Shown here piece after piece: positions 29,681 to 44,049 of a DNA stretch of 64,000 nucleotides. Position 1 is the stretch's first letter; each line of letters begins with the position of its first letter. Origin of the DNA: an uncultured Verrucomicrobiae bacterium (lineage in GTDB: Bacteria; Verrucomicrobiota; Verrucomicrobiia; Chthoniobacterales; UBA10450); NCBI GenBank assembly GCA_963726745.1, contig CAVSDR010000005.1, forward strand, positions 128,001-192,000, read 5' to 3'. The translations under genes and the position numbers were made by a program. The notes beneath the pieces are model-generated. The model searched no databases. It was not told the DNA's origin and saw nothing but the letters and a program-made list of their open reading frames with translations.

Positions 29681-30183
29681 AAAAAACCAAACCAGAGCAG
29701 TAACCAGAAAGAACCAGCAAGATGTTAAACAAATTGAACAAGAATCGCGGGGGCTTCACCCTCGTGGAAATCATGATCGTGGTCGCGATTATCGCCCTCC
29801 TGGCGGCGATCGCCGTCCCCGGCTTCCTCCGTGCCCGCAAGCGCTCGCAGGCCAGCCGGATCATCAACGATCTGCGCCTGATCGACAGCGCGGTCGACCA
29901 GTATGCGATCGAAACCAACAAGACCTCGGGCGCGACCGTGCTCGTGGCCGATTGGACCAACTACCTGAAGAAAGGGCACCAACCTCTACGTGACCGGGGC
30001 GGACCTCTTCGGCAACACCTACGGCAACCAGGCCGTCGACAAACTCCCGAGCGTGCCCACGGCGACCAAGACCGCCCTCTCGGACGTGACCGACAACACC
30101 TTCTGGTCTCCGTATAACTAAGCCAAGACCCTTCACCCACCTGTCATCCCCGCACCCCGCGGGGGTGGCAGGCAGTGAGTGGT
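29681..30183 (+). repeat. Direct repeat, copy B
   Basis: Near-identical to 27115-27604; differs by a 12-nt leader insertion, one extra base at ~29977 and two substitutions. Confidence 0.95.
29722..30121 (+). CDS. Type IV pilin, copy 2 (one-base insertion near 29977)
   Basis: Same sequence as copy 1; aaagggcacc versus aaagggacc; TAA at 30119-30121 after correction. Confidence 0.85.
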
Positions 30184-30278
30184 CAGCCTAAACCTAAACC
30201 AAAATAAAACAGCTGCTTCTCTGCCAGTGAACCTACCGGAACGCTGGTCCCGTTAACCCTACCGAAAGAACCAAACCA

Positions 30279-30683
30279 ATGCTAAACCAACTCTCTAAGA
30301 AAAGCCGCGCGGGTTTCACCCTCGTGGAAATCATGATCGTCGTGGCGATCATCGCCCTCCTCGCCGCCATCGCCGTGCCCGGCTTCCTGCGCGCCCGCAA
30401 GCGGTCCCAGGCCAGCAAGGTAATTAACGATCTGCGCATGATTGATTCCGCGATGGACCAGTATGCCATCGAAAAAGGCAAGAAGAGCGGCGACCCGATC
30501 GCGGTGGACGACTGGATCGCCTACGTGAAGAAGGACACCCAGCTCTACGCGACCGGCGCCGATTTGTTCGGTCACTCCTACGGCGACCAGACGGTCGACT
30601 CCCTGCCGAAAGTTCCGCAGGCGACCTATGACGCTCTTTCCGACGTGGCCGACACCTCCTTCTGGTCGCCCTTCAATCAGTAG
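30279..30683 (+). CDS. Type IV pilin, divergent paralog
   Basis: MLNQLSKKSRAG|FTLVEIMIVV; shares GADLFG and FWSP motifs with copies 1 and 2. Confidence 0.92.
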   Translation: MLNQLSKKSRAGFTLVEIMIVVAIIALLAAIAVPGFLRARKRSQASKVINDLRMIDSAMDQYAIEKGKKSGDPIAVDDWIAYVKKDTQLYATGADLFGHSYGDQTVDSLPKVPQATYDALSDVADTSFWSPFNQ

Positions 30684-30706
30684 CCTTACTCGACTGTAAC
30701 TCCGGG

Positions 30707-30743
30707 AAGCGTCCTTTCGTCATCGTGCGGAAGGACGCTTTCT
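30707..30743 (+). terminator. Stem-loop / probable terminator after pilin 3
   Basis: aagcgtcctttcgt / gcggaaggacgctt followed by tct. Confidence 0.65.
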
Positions 30744-30775
30744 GCGCTTAAAAGCAGCTTCTTCGACTGGAACCC

Positions 30776-32846
30776 ATGGAAGCCACTCTTAGCTGGAAAA
30801 CTCTCCCTGCGCCCGAGTCTCTCCCGGACACGCGCGGCGCCCTTCTGCGTCATCCTTGTTTCCACGCCTTCCTTCTCTTGGTGGTCGGCTTTCTGGTTCG
30901 TCTGCCCGCGCTCCAGGGGACGCCACTCTGGGACGATGATTACCTTGTCGCGGAGAATCCTTTCATCCGCAGCCCGCTGCTTATTCCGGAAGCTTTCCGG
31001 CATTACCTTTTCCCGGATGGCTTCGGCTCGCATTACCGTCCGGTGCAAAACGTTTCCTTTGCGCTCGACTATTGGTTCTGGAACACCGACGCCTACGGCT
31101 TTCACCTGACCAATGTCCTGCTGCACCTAACGAGTGCAGTCTTTCTCTACCTGCTCCTGCGGCGTTTGCTTCCGGGCTTGGTCGGCCGCACTCACGGCGC
31201 CATGGTGGCTTTTGCGGTCGCGTTCCTTTGGGTGCTGCATCCGGTGCATAGCGCAGCGATCGATTACATCTCCGGGCGGGCGGATAGCCTGGCCTTTGCC
31301 TTCGCCAGCGGCGGCTGGCTGCTTTTCTTGCGGGCCGAGCAGGGCGCGGGGAGGCGCAAGGTTGCCGGCTATCTAGGCGCGGCCCTCTGCGGTTTGCTGG
31401 CGCTGGCCTCGCGCGAGAGCGCGCTCGTCTGGCTGGGAATTTTCCTCCTGCACACCTTCGCTTTTCGCGCCGGTCTTTCCTGGAAATGGAAAGCCACCTG
31501 CCTCGCCGCCTGCCTCGCGCTCGTGGCCGGTTACGCCGGCTTGCGCAGCCTCCCACAACGCCAGTCCGGCCCGCCCAAGTCCGAGCCCACGAGCGCGCCC
31601 GTGCGCGCCGTGCTTATGCTCCGCGCGCTGGGCGATTACGGGCGGCTGATGCTTTGCCCGACCACGCTCTACATGGAGCGGAGCGTGCTCGACCCGGAGA
31701 ATTACCTCAACACCCCGAGCTGGAGGAAGTCGGTCAAGACGGAATACCTCTCGTTAAGCGGAGCGCTCCTCCTGGCGGCTTTCGCGTTCGGTTGTGCCCG
31801 TCGCGGCGCCGGGCGCCAGCTGCGGGTCTTCGGCAGCGCCTGGTTTTTTGCCGGCTACCTGCCGGTTTCCAATTTGCTCGACTTGAACGCCAACGTCGCC
31901 GAGCACTGGCTTTACCTCCCGAGCGTCGGCTTTCTCCTCGTCCTCGCCGGCTGGGTTCTGGAGTTCTCTCCGCGTGGTCAGCGGGTCGCGGTCGTGGTTG
32001 CCTTGCTCGCCGCTGGCGGGTTGGGCGGGCGCGCCTATGTCCGCAGCACCGATTGGGTCAGCCCAAAGATATTCTACCAGCGCACCATGACTGCCGGCGG
32101 CTCCAGCACTCGCGTGGCCGCGAACCTCGGCCTGATCTACCTGAATGAGGGCGAGTACGTAAAAGCCGAATCCATCTTTCGCCGCATCCTTCAGCTCACG
32201 CCGGATTACCCAACCGCGCGAAACAATCTTGCCGAGGCGCTCTATCGCCAGGGGAAGCATGCGGAAGGCGAGGCGATGTTCACCAACTCCAAGGTCGCCG
32301 CGCAGGAGACGCGGAAGGAATATCCACGCACCTGGGTGGCTGCGCTCAACCTGGCGCACATCCGGCATAATGCGCACGACGACGCCGCCGCGATCGTGCT
32401 CCTGGAGCAGGCGCGGAAGGATTACCCGAACGTCTGGCAGATCATTCGCTTCGAATCAGAAGTCCTCCGCCAAACCGAGGGACCGGCTGCGGCCGCGGAG
32501 TTGGTCTCTGCGTTTGCGGTCGGAACATTGGTGGCACTACGGCGCCACGATCGCGCTCGGGCAATTGCTCGCGGAAAAAGGCGACGCCGAGGCTGCGGTC
32601 GCGCAATTGCGTTTTGCCAGCTGGCTCGATGTGCATGACGCCGAGGCCCTGCGCCTGATCGCGGGCGTGCGCCAGCGGCAGGGCCTGCTCGAGGAGGCGC
32701 GAATCGCGCAGGCGCGCGCTATTCGGCGTCAGCCCGATCAGCCAACGCTTTACCGCTCGTTAGCCGACATTCTCACGCTGCTGGGCCGGCGCGAGGAGGC
32801 GCGGGCGCGCGCTCGCGCAAATGTCCGCGCTCGAAGCGTTGGCTAA
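30776..32846 (+). CDS. TMTC-like membrane protein O-glycosyltransferase with TPRs (apparent frameshift near 32515)
   Basis: LWDDDYLVAENP, HYRPV, GFHLTNVLLH, LHPVHSAAIDYISGRADSL, AEHWLYLPSVG, TPRs; tail continues in ORF 32229..32846. Confidence 0.8.
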
Positions 32847-32911
32847 GACCAGCATCGCCGCGAATTGATCCGCGTTTCTGCGCGCGGCCGCTCGTGCTAG
32901 CGTCCGCCGGC

Positions 32912-33838
32912 ATGCAAATCATCGTCCTGGGCGCCGGCGCCATCGGCAGTCTCCTTGGCGCCAAGCTCGCGGAGGCCAACGAGGTCACGCTCATTGGCCG
33001 CCCTGAGCACGTGCGCGCGATTCAGGCCGAAGGCCTGCGCGTGACGGGCCGCGAGGAACGCGTGGTGCGGGTGCGCGCCGCGACCGCGGTCGAGCGGGTG
33101 GAGCCCGACACCTGCATCCTCCTGACCACCAAAGTGCCGGCTAATCGCGCGGTGCTTGCGCCGCTGGCGCCGTTACTGCGCGCGGATACCACCGTCATCG
33201 CGCTGCAAAATGGACTCGCGAGCGAAGAGGAAGCGCGCGCGGTTCTGCCGGCGGAGGTCGTTGTTTTACGCGGGCTCACGCAACTCGGCGCGATCTTCGA
33301 GGCGCCCGGCAGCGTGCGTTACATGGTCGCCGGCGAGACTCTCCTGCAGGCTCATCCGCGCAGCGAAAGCGTGGCCGTGCTTTTCCGCGCCGCCGGCCTG
33401 CCCTGCCGCACCGTGCCCGACATTCGCCGCGACGTCTGGCGCAAGCTCATCTTCAACTGCGTGGTCAATCCCATCACCGCCCTGCTCGGCGCGGAGGTGG
33501 GGACGATCGCCGATGAAGGCCTCGACCCACTCAAGCGCCTCGTGCTCGCGGAATGCCTCGCGGTGGCCGCGGCCGAGGGCGTGCACTTCGAGGAGGATTT
33601 CCTCGGCGAACTCAACGCCCTCTACGCGCCCTCGCGCAACGTCGTCTCGATGCTGCAGGATCTCCGGCGCGGACGCTCGACGGAAATCGAGCACCTCAAC
33701 GGCGCCGTGGTTTCGTTAGGCAAAAAACACCGCCTCGCCTGCCCGGTGAACACCGCGCTCGCGGCGATCGTCCGCGAGCTCGAGCGCGCGGCCGCGCCTA
33801 CTCTTCCCAGAGAAAGTGCTCCAGCCGCAGACGACTGA
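32912..33838 (+). CDS. panE: 2-dehydropantoate 2-reductase
   Basis: IIVLGAGAIG, LQNGL, WRKLIFNCVVNP, SMLQDLRRGRSTEIEHLNGAVV. Confidence 0.92.
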   Translation: MQIIVLGAGAIGSLLGAKLAEANEVTLIGRPEHVRAIQAEGLRVTGREERVVRVRAATAVERVEPDTCILLTTKVPANRAVLAPLAPLLRADTTVIALQNGLASEEEARAVLPAEVVVLRGLTQLGAIFEAPGSVRYMVAGETLLQAHPRSESVAVLFRAAGLPCRTVPDIRRDVWRKLIFNCVVNPITALLGAEVGTIADEGLDPLKRLVLAECLAVAAAEGVHFEEDFLGELNALYAPSRNVVSMLQDLRRGRSTEIEHLNGAVVSLGKKHRLACPVNTALAAIVRELERAAAPTLPRESAPAADD

Positions 33839-36204
33839 GGCGTCCTTTCGCTTCCTCGCTCCGGGCGCCGCCGGCAAAGGCAAGCTTTTCGTAGATCGCG
33901 GCCGCGGGTTGCCACTGGTTTTGCTCCTCGAGCAGACGCGCCGCATTGAATCCGGCCTTGTAGAACCAGAAGAACTCCCGCCGCCGATCAGGCCGGCCGC
34001 CGTCGTCGAGCACTTCGTAGAACGCCGCCAGCGCTTCCTCCGGTTTTTCGAGCCGCTCAAGGCACATTCCTTTCTTGAAAAGCGCCTGGTTTTTCCAATG
34101 CGCGGGGACGCCAGATTCGTTTGCCAGCTGATTGTAGGCCTCGATCGCGCGCGTGTAATTCTCCGGCGCATTCGCGCCCAAATCGTAGAGCACATCACCC
34201 TGGCCGCAGCGCGCTTCGCGCTTCTCCGGCGCAGCCGCGTCGCCCTTCAAGACTTCCTCATAAAGCGTGAGCGCGTCCTGCGGTTTGCCCAGTTTCCGCT
34301 CGATCACCGCCTGCTCGTTGCGCGCGGCCCATTTCCATTCGCCGCCCGCTTTCACCACTTCGTCGAAGAGCTCGAGGGCCCGCTCGAGTGCGCCGGGATT
34401 CATGCTTTGCATGGCCGCTTCCGCGGCGAAAAAGAGCGCTTTCCGCGCGAGCGGCGCGGCGGGGTCGATCTGGGCGAGGATCTCGAATTGCGTCTGCGCG
34501 TTCGCGAAATCCTGCCGGCGATAATGCAGCTCTGCCAGCTTTAGCCGCACCTCCGGGAGGAGCGCGCTCTGGGGATATTTGGCAACAAATTCATTCGCCC
34601 GCGCGATCGCCTTGGTTTCGTTAGGCGCGGCCTCGTCCAGCCAGATGCGCAAGTAGTCAGCGCGCTCGCTCGCGGCCGGGTCGGCCGGCGCCTCCGCGGC
34701 GCGGGCGAGGAATTGGCCAGCCTCTTCCAGCCGTGGCGGCGCGGCGTGGAACGCCATTTCCGCGAGCGCCACGAAAGCCTCGGCGGCGCGCGGATGTTTC
34801 GGGGAGGTGCGGGTGAACTGAACCAGCGCCTCGGGCTCGCCGCGCCGGGCCTTGAGCAACGCATCCTCCAGCGCGAGATCCGTGGCCGCGCCGCGGTCGG
34901 CCAGCGCCTGGGCCGCAGTCGCCGCTTCCGGCGCTTTCTCCGCTTCCATCCAGGCGAGCGAAGCGTTAAAGCGCGCGGCCGGCTGCTCCACGCGCAGGAA
35001 AGTTTCCGCCGCGTGCACGTAGTTTCCCCCTGCGAATTCCGCGCGCGCGATCGCAAAGTCGACCCGTTCCCGCGCTGCTCCGCTCACCGGCAACGCGCGC
35101 GCCTTTTCCAGGATGGCGCGCGCTTCTTCCGTCTGTCCGTCCTGCAATTTCAGCTGTGCAAATTCGATGAAAGCGTCGGCTAAATCCGGCAGCGGCGGAT
35201 GCTCCGCGCGCAGTTGCGCGAAGGCGGCGAGCGCGGCCTCGCGATGGCCCAGGCGAAGTTCGGCGCGCGCGAGATACCATTGCGCGAGCGCGCGGCGCGG
35301 CTGCGCTGGCTCGCGGCTCCAGCGCCCGAGATCGTGGCGCGCCTGCCGCCGCTCCGCCGCGTAGAGTTGGTCGAGCTTCGCGAAGAGCGCGGGCAGGGCT
35401 TCGTCGCCCGGATAATGCTCGATGTAATTCTCCAGGAAATCATCGCCGTTCTCCGGCGTGCCCAGGCGGAGGTGCGCATCCGCGAGCGCAAAAAGCGTGG
35501 CCTGCAGGACGGCGTGACGGGCCCCGCGCGGGCGCCGCAAAATCGAGGCATACATGTTGAGCGCGCGCTGCGGGCGATTCGTCGCCCAGGCGATGCGGCC
35601 GCCGAGGAGACGGCGCTCGCGACGCTCGCTGTCGCTCTTCGCATTCACGGAATCGAGCAGGCGTTGCGCGGCGCCGACTTCGTTTTTGCGCGAGCAAAAT
35701 TTCCGTGGCCGCGAAGCGCGCGCGCACGCTCCAACGCGGTTCGCGGGCGAGGCGGGTGAGCAACTCGAGCGCTTCATCCGAGCGGCCGAGCGCGCGCAAC
35801 GCTTCCGCCTGGCCCATGAGCGCATCGCTTCGCCAAGGGAGGATCACTTCGGTGGCGCTGGTGGCGAAAAGCGGGAGCGCCTCGGCCCAGCGCCCGAGCG
35901 CGGCGAAAGCCTGCGCGCGATGGAAATTTTGCCTCGGCAGAAGCCTGCACCAAAGGGTCGGCTAAAACTTCCAGCGCGGCTTGCGGTTCCCCCGCGGCCA
36001 CGAGGGCTTCGCCCAATTTCACGGTCGCGGCGCGGCGCTCGTCCTCGGGCAATTTCCCCGCCGCGAGGAGCGCGCGCAGACGCACGACCGCAACCTGCGG
36101 CACGCCTTCCTGCAGCGGCTGAACCGCGCGCGCGAGTTCTCCGGGCAAGGCTTGCGCCCCGGCGGTGAGCACGAGTGCGAGCGCGAGGAAAACAGCCAGC
36201 ACTT

Positions 36205-36208
<4 letters not shown>
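33798..36208 (-). CDS. Secreted TPR-repeat protein (several apparent frameshifts at 35.7-35.9 kb)
   Basis: Signal peptide MKVLAVFLALALV at 36208 overlapping the uvrA stop; TPR helices in ORF 33798..35825. Confidence 0.7.
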
Positions 36209-39090
<2,882 letters not shown>

Positions 39091-39160
39091 CGGACGACAA
39101 AGGTCGAACCGTGCAGCTAAGCAGCTACTGCTTCATTTTCCAGCCCATTTACCTTTACTC

Positions 39161-39421
39161 ATGAGCGATTCAGAGCGGACGATTTCCCAGGAAGAGCTGG
39201 TCGTGTTGCAGAAAAAATTCAGCGAGATCAAGCACTCGATCAACAACGCCCTCGCCGTCATGATGGCGCTCTCGGAGATGTCGCAGCGCCGCCCGGATTA
39301 CTCGGAAAAGCTCGCGAGCACGGTGCTGACGAAGGCGCCGCAGATCGTTTCCAGCCTGCAGGAATTCACCCAGGCTTTGAACGAGAAAGCCGGCCCGAAG
39401 CCCGAAGGCATTCCGGGTTAG
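39161..39421 (+). CDS. Small protein resembling a stand-alone histidine-kinase DHp (HisKA) domain
   Basis: 86 aa, helical, SEIKHSINNALAVM resembles an H-box. Confidence 0.6.
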   Translation: MSDSERTISQEELVVLQKKFSEIKHSINNALAVMMALSEMSQRRPDYSEKLASTVLTKAPQIVSSLQEFTQALNEKAGPKPEGIPG

Positions 39422-39435
39422 GCAGCGACTTCACT

Positions 39436-40975
39436 TCACTTGTGCCGCTGCAGGAAGCGGTGCACGTCCTCGGCCAGTTTCGGGCCGATTCCCTCGGTCT
39501 GCGCGATCTGCTCGACGCTCGCTTTGCGCAGGCGATTGACCGAGCCAAACGCGCGCAGGAGGAGATTCTTGCGGTTCTGGCTCACGCCCGGGCAATCATC
39601 CAGCAAGCTCTCGCCGATCCGCTTCTTCATCAGCAATTGGTGGTAGCCGTTGGCGAACCGATGCGCCTCGTCGCGGATGCGCTGGAGCAACCGGAGCGCG
39701 CCCGAATCGGCCGGTAATTGCAACGGCAGCGCGCGGCCCGGCCGATAAATTTCCTCAAACTCCTTTGCCAGGCCGATGATCGGCAGCTCGTGCAGCCCGA
39801 GCCGCTGGAGCTCCTTGCAGGCGGAGGAGAGCTGGCCTTTGCCGCCATCGACGATGATGAGATCGGGCAGCCGCACGCTGGTGAATTTCGCACGCTCGAG
39901 CGCTTCCGCCGGATTCTCCTGCGAGAACTCCGCGGTCTCCGGATCGACCGCGCGCGCCTGCAGGAGCACGCGCGAATACCGCCGCCTAACGACCTCGGCC
40001 ATGCTCGCGAAATCGTCCTGGCCGGCAACCGTGCGGATGCGGTAGCGGCGGTAGTTGTTCTTGTCCGGGACGCCGTCGCGGAAGCAAACCATCGAGGCAA
40101 CGACGTGCGTGGTGGAAATATTCGAGATGTCGAAGCACTCCATGACCGCGGGCGCGCGCTCGAGCTGGAGCGCGTCGCGCAACGCCTCCACATCTTTCGC
40201 CGGATTGATCGTGCTCGGGAGGCTGTGGCGGGTGAAGCGCCGCATTGGCTTGGTCGTGCGCTTCAAGTCCTCGAGCATGTTTCGCAATTCGGCGGCCTTC
40301 TCGAAATCGAGCTTCTCGGCCGCTTTCTTCATCTCCTCTTCGACCGCGCCGATCATTTCCCGCGAGTGTCCCTCGAGGAAATCGCAGGCCTGGGCCACGC
40401 GCTCGCGGTATTGCTCCGCGGTCGTATCGCTCAAGCGCACCGGCACCTGATAGGTCGAGGACTTCAGCTCGCGCGCTGTCGGCGAGCCGCGGCCAAAGGT
40501 GAGCACGCCGAATTTCTTGCGCATGAAGTTCAACGTCTGCCGCAGCGCGCCGGCGTGCGCATACGGCCCGAAATAGCGCGCATTATCGTCCTTCTTGAAA
40601 CGCGCCAAACGGAAGCGCGGCCATTCCTCGCGTCGGGTCGACTTTGACCACGAGGAAGCGTTTGTCGTCGCGGAAGGAAACGTTGTAACGCGGGCGGAAT
40701 TCCTTGATCAGCTTCCCTTCGAGCAGAAGCGATTCGGGCTCGCTCGCGACCGTATGGAATTCAAAATCCCAGACCGCCTCGAGCAGCGCGCGCGTCTTCA
40801 AGTCCGCCTGCGCCATGCGCGACGGGAGAAAGTAGGAGCCGACCCGCTTCCGGAGATCGCGCGCCTTGCCCACGTAGATCACGCGATTGAAACGATCGCG
40901 CATCAAGTAGACGCCGGGCTTGTGCGGCACCTCGTGCATCCGCTTCGCCAGGTCGGGCTTTTCCTTGGTCGCCAT
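39436..40975 (-). CDS. uvrC: Excinuclease ABC subunit C (apparent frameshift near 40635)
   Basis: PGVYLMRD...IYVGKARDLRKRVGSYF (GIY-YIG) in 40583..40975; ECFDISN, DGGKGQL, RIRDEAHRFA in 39436..40608. Confidence 0.95.
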
Positions 40976-40978
40976 TCG

Positions 40979-42073
40979 TTAGGCCACGGCGGCGCGCGCC
41001 CGTCGTTTTGGCATCGCGCTGTGCACCATCATCAGCTCGGTCACGTTCTCCGGCGTGAGCAACCCGACCAGCCGCTGCATCTGGTCGAGCACCGGGACAG
41101 CCGGGCAATTCGATTCCTGCATGATCCGAAAGGCCTCTTCGAACGGCATCCCGCTCGAGACCGTCGGCACGCCGCGGCGCATCACGTCGGCTACCCGCAG
41201 GGCGGGATCGTCCTTCTTGAGCGCGGCGAACAAATCCTTGCGTAAAAGCACGCCGCTGACCGTCCCGTTCCCGTCGAGCACCGGGAAGTCGTGTTGCGAC
41301 GTCGCCAGGAGCGCGTCGACCGCGGCGCTCAGCGGCGCGTCCGCCGGGAGCGTGCGGAATTCCCGCACCATCGCGCTCGAGACCGGCATCCCGCGCGAGA
41401 CATCCCGCATTTGCGCGACCGCCGCTTCCTGCGAAGCGCCGATATAAATGAACAGCGCGATGAACAGGAGCATCGGGTTCCCGAACAAGCCGGCGAAGCC
41501 GAAGAGGAAGGCGCACGCCTGGCCGACCGTGGCCGCGATCTGGGTGGCGCGGGCGTAGTTCAACCGCGTCGCCAGGAGCGCGCGCAGGACGCGGCCGCCA
41601 TCCATCGGGAAAGCAGGCAGCAAATTGAAAAGCACCAGGACGATGTTGATCGTGAGCAATTGCCGGAGCAGATCGGGCGCTTCGACCACGTTGCCGCCCA
41701 CTTCGCCGCGGAAACCGGTGACCAGGAAAAGGCCGAGCGCGATCGCGACATTCACCGCGGGTCCGGCGAGCGCGACCACCAGTTCCTGGCTCGGCTTGTC
41801 CGGCATCCGCTCCATCCGCGCGACCCCGCCGATCGGCAGGAGGGTGATATCCGGCGTCTTGATTCCGTAGGCCCGCCCGGCGATCACGTGCCCGAATTCA
41901 TGCAGGAGCACGCAGAGAAAAAGCAGCAGGATGAAAAAGACGCGCGCCGCTGCCGCCGCGGTCCCGCCTTGCGAATAATAACTGAAAGCCAGCCACGCCA
42001 GCAGCAGCAGGAACGTAACGTGAATGCGCACGACGGTGCCGCCGGCGCGAAATATGGGAATCGACCAACTCAT
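40979..42073 (-). CDS. Site-2 protease (M50) with CBS domains
   Basis: HEFGH, FNLLPAFPMDGGR, two CBS repeats. Confidence 0.93.
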   Translation of the reverse strand: MSWSIPIFRAGGTVVRIHVTFLLLLAWLAFSYYSQGGTAAAAARVFFILLLFLCVLLHEFGHVIAGRAYGIKTPDITLLPIGGVARMERMPDKPSQELVVALAGPAVNVAIALGLFLVTGFRGEVGGNVVEAPDLLRQLLTINIVLVLFNLLPAFPMDGGRVLRALLATRLNYARATQIAATVGQACAFLFGFAGLFGNPMLLFIALFIYIGASQEAAVAQMRDVSRGMPVSSAMVREFRTLPADAPLSAAVDALLATSQHDFPVLDGNGTVSGVLLRKDLFAALKKDDPALRVADVMRRGVPTVSSGMPFEEAFRIMQESNCPAVPVLDQMQRLVGLLTPENVTELMMVHSAMPKRRARAAVA

Positions 42074-42141
42074 GGATTTGCTCTCGCGGGGGAAACGTAT
42101 CCCCACTTCCCCGGCCGTGCATGTGCGCCGACGCTCTCCGC

Positions 42142-43164
42142 ATGTTTGACGTCGCGATCATCGGCAGCGGCCCGGCCGGCGCGACCTGCGCGCTCCTCTG
42201 CGCGCGCGCCGGTCTGCGCACGCTCCTGCTCGAGCGGGAGAAATTTCCGCGCGAGAAAGTCTGCGGCGATTGCCTGAACCCGGCCTGCCTGCCGGTGCTG
42301 GAACGTCTTGGCCTAACGAGTGCACTGGAGAGCCTGCCGCACGCGCGCCTGCGCCGGGTGGAGTTCATCGCCATCGGCGGGAAGCAGGTCGCGATCGACT
42401 TCGAGGGACGCAGCGAGATCGCGGTCAAGCGGAGCCATCTCGACCGGATGCTGATGGAGGCGGCGCGGGCCGCGGGGGCGGAAGTGCGCGAAGGTTTCAC
42501 CCTCCAGCGCGTGACTTCCGCGGGGGATGGCTGGGAATTAAACAGCGAGATCGCGGCGCGCTCGCTGGTCGCGGCGGACGGGCGGAACTCGACCGTGGCG
42601 CGCTTGCTCGGCTTGCTCCCGCGGATCGAGCGCGAGCGCGTGGCCCTGCAGACGCACCTGAAGTTGCCGCCTGATTTTGGCGAGCGCGTGGTCCTGCATT
42701 TTTTGCCCGAAGGCTACGCCGGTTACGCGCCCGTGGGCGAAGGGCAGCTCAATCTTTGCCTCGTGAGCCGGCCGGCGGGCATGGCCGCGTTGCGCCGGTG
42801 GGCGGAGGAGCGCTTCGGCCTCACCGCGGAGCATCCCTGGCGGACGATCACGCCGTTGCGGCGCGCGCCGATCGCGCCGGGAGGTCGCCGGCTCTTTTTC
42901 GCGGGCGACGCCGCGCGCGTGGTCGAGCCGTTCACTGGCGAGGGAATTTTCTACGCGCTGCGCACCGGGGAGCTGGCCGCGATGTGCCTCGTCGATGGAC
43001 GCGACTACGCCGCGGCGCACGCCGAGCTCTATCGTGGACGGCTTTGGATTAATCGTCTCGCCCGGGCTGCGGTGCTCTCGCCGCGCGCGACTTCGTTGCT
43101 CCTGCGCGCCGGCCTGGCGCACCCGAAATTACTCGGTGCGCTCACGACCAAGGTCGTCGGCTAA
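42142..43164 (+). CDS. FAD-dependent oxidoreductase (geranylgeranyl reductase-like)
   Basis: DVAIIGSGPAG, FPREKVCGD, GDAARVVEPFTGEGI. Confidence 0.85.
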   Translation: MFDVAIIGSGPAGATCALLCARAGLRTLLLEREKFPREKVCGDCLNPACLPVLERLGLTSALESLPHARLRRVEFIAIGGKQVAIDFEGRSEIAVKRSHLDRMLMEAARAAGAEVREGFTLQRVTSAGDGWELNSEIAARSLVAADGRNSTVARLLGLLPRIERERVALQTHLKLPPDFGERVVLHFLPEGYAGYAPVGEGQLNLCLVSRPAGMAALRRWAEERFGLTAEHPWRTITPLRRAPIAPGGRRLFFAGDAARVVEPFTGEGIFYALRTGELAAMCLVDGRDYAAAHAELYRGRLWINRLARAAVLSPRATSLLLRAGLAHPKLLGALTTKVVG

Positions 43165-43165
43165 A

Positions 43166-44047
43166 TCAGCGCATGGCCTGCTGGCAGGCTTTGACCGTGT
43201 TTGCCATCAACATCGCGATCGTCATCGGGCCGACGCCGCCGGGCACCGGGGTGATCGCGCGGGTTTTGGGTGCGACCTCGTCAAAGGCAACATCGCCCAC
43301 GAGCCGGTAACCGCGCGGCGCGCCCGCGTCTTCCACGCGATTGATCCCGACATCGATCACGACCGCGCCCTCGCGCACGTGTTCCGCTTTGACGAAACCG
43401 GCCTGGCCGATCGCGGCGATAACGATGTCGGCCGAGCGCGTGATCTCCGCGAGGTTCCGGCTGCGCGAATGGACCACAGTCACGGTCGCGTTGGCGTTCG
43501 GCGCTTTCGCCATCAGGAGCAAGGCCAGCGGCTTGCCGACGATCATGCTCCGGCCGAGCACGACCACGTGCGCGCCGGCGATCTCGACGCCGCTCTCCGC
43601 GAGCAGGCGCTGGCAGCCAAGCGGCGTGCAAGGGACGAAGCCGCTCGCGTCGCCCATGGCGAGCTTGGCGACGTTGAGCGGATGGAAGCCATCGACATCT
43701 TTCGCTGGGTCAAGCGCGCGCACGATCGCGGCTTCGTCGATCTGTTTCGGCGGCGGCGATTGCACGAGAATGCCGTGCACTGCGGGGTCGCGATTCAACT
43801 CGGCGACGCGCGCGAGCAGGTCTTCCTGCGTGGTCTCGGCGGGCAACTCGAGCTTGACCGAATGAAGGCCAAGGTCGCGGCACATCTTGTCCTTTGAACG
43901 GACGTAAGCGCGCGAAGCGGGATCGTCGCCGACAAGAACGACTGCGAGCCCGGGGGTGATGCCGCGCCCTTTCAGCTCCGCGATTTCGCCGCGCAGCTCC
44001 GCATAGACTTTCTCCGCAACCGCGCGGCCGTCGATCAAGTGCGCCAT
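43166..44047 (-). CDS. folD: Methylenetetrahydrofolate dehydrogenase/cyclohydrolase
   Basis: [35 protein letters not shown]. Confidence 0.97.
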   Translation of the reverse strand: MAHLIDGRAVAEKVYAELRGEIAELKGRGITPGLAVVLVGDDPASRAYVRSKDKMCRDLGLHSVKLELPAETTQEDLLARVAELNRDPAVHGILVQSPPPKQIDEAAIVRALDPAKDVDGFHPLNVAKLAMGDASGFVPCTPLGCQRLLAESGVEIAGAHVVVLGRSMIVGKPLALLLMAKAPNANATVTVVHSRSRNLAEITRSADIVIAAIGQAGFVKAEHVREGAVVIDVGINRVEDAGAPRGYRLVGDVAFDEVAPKTRAITPVPGGVGPMTIAMLMANTVKACQQAMR

Positions 44048-44049
44048 GC

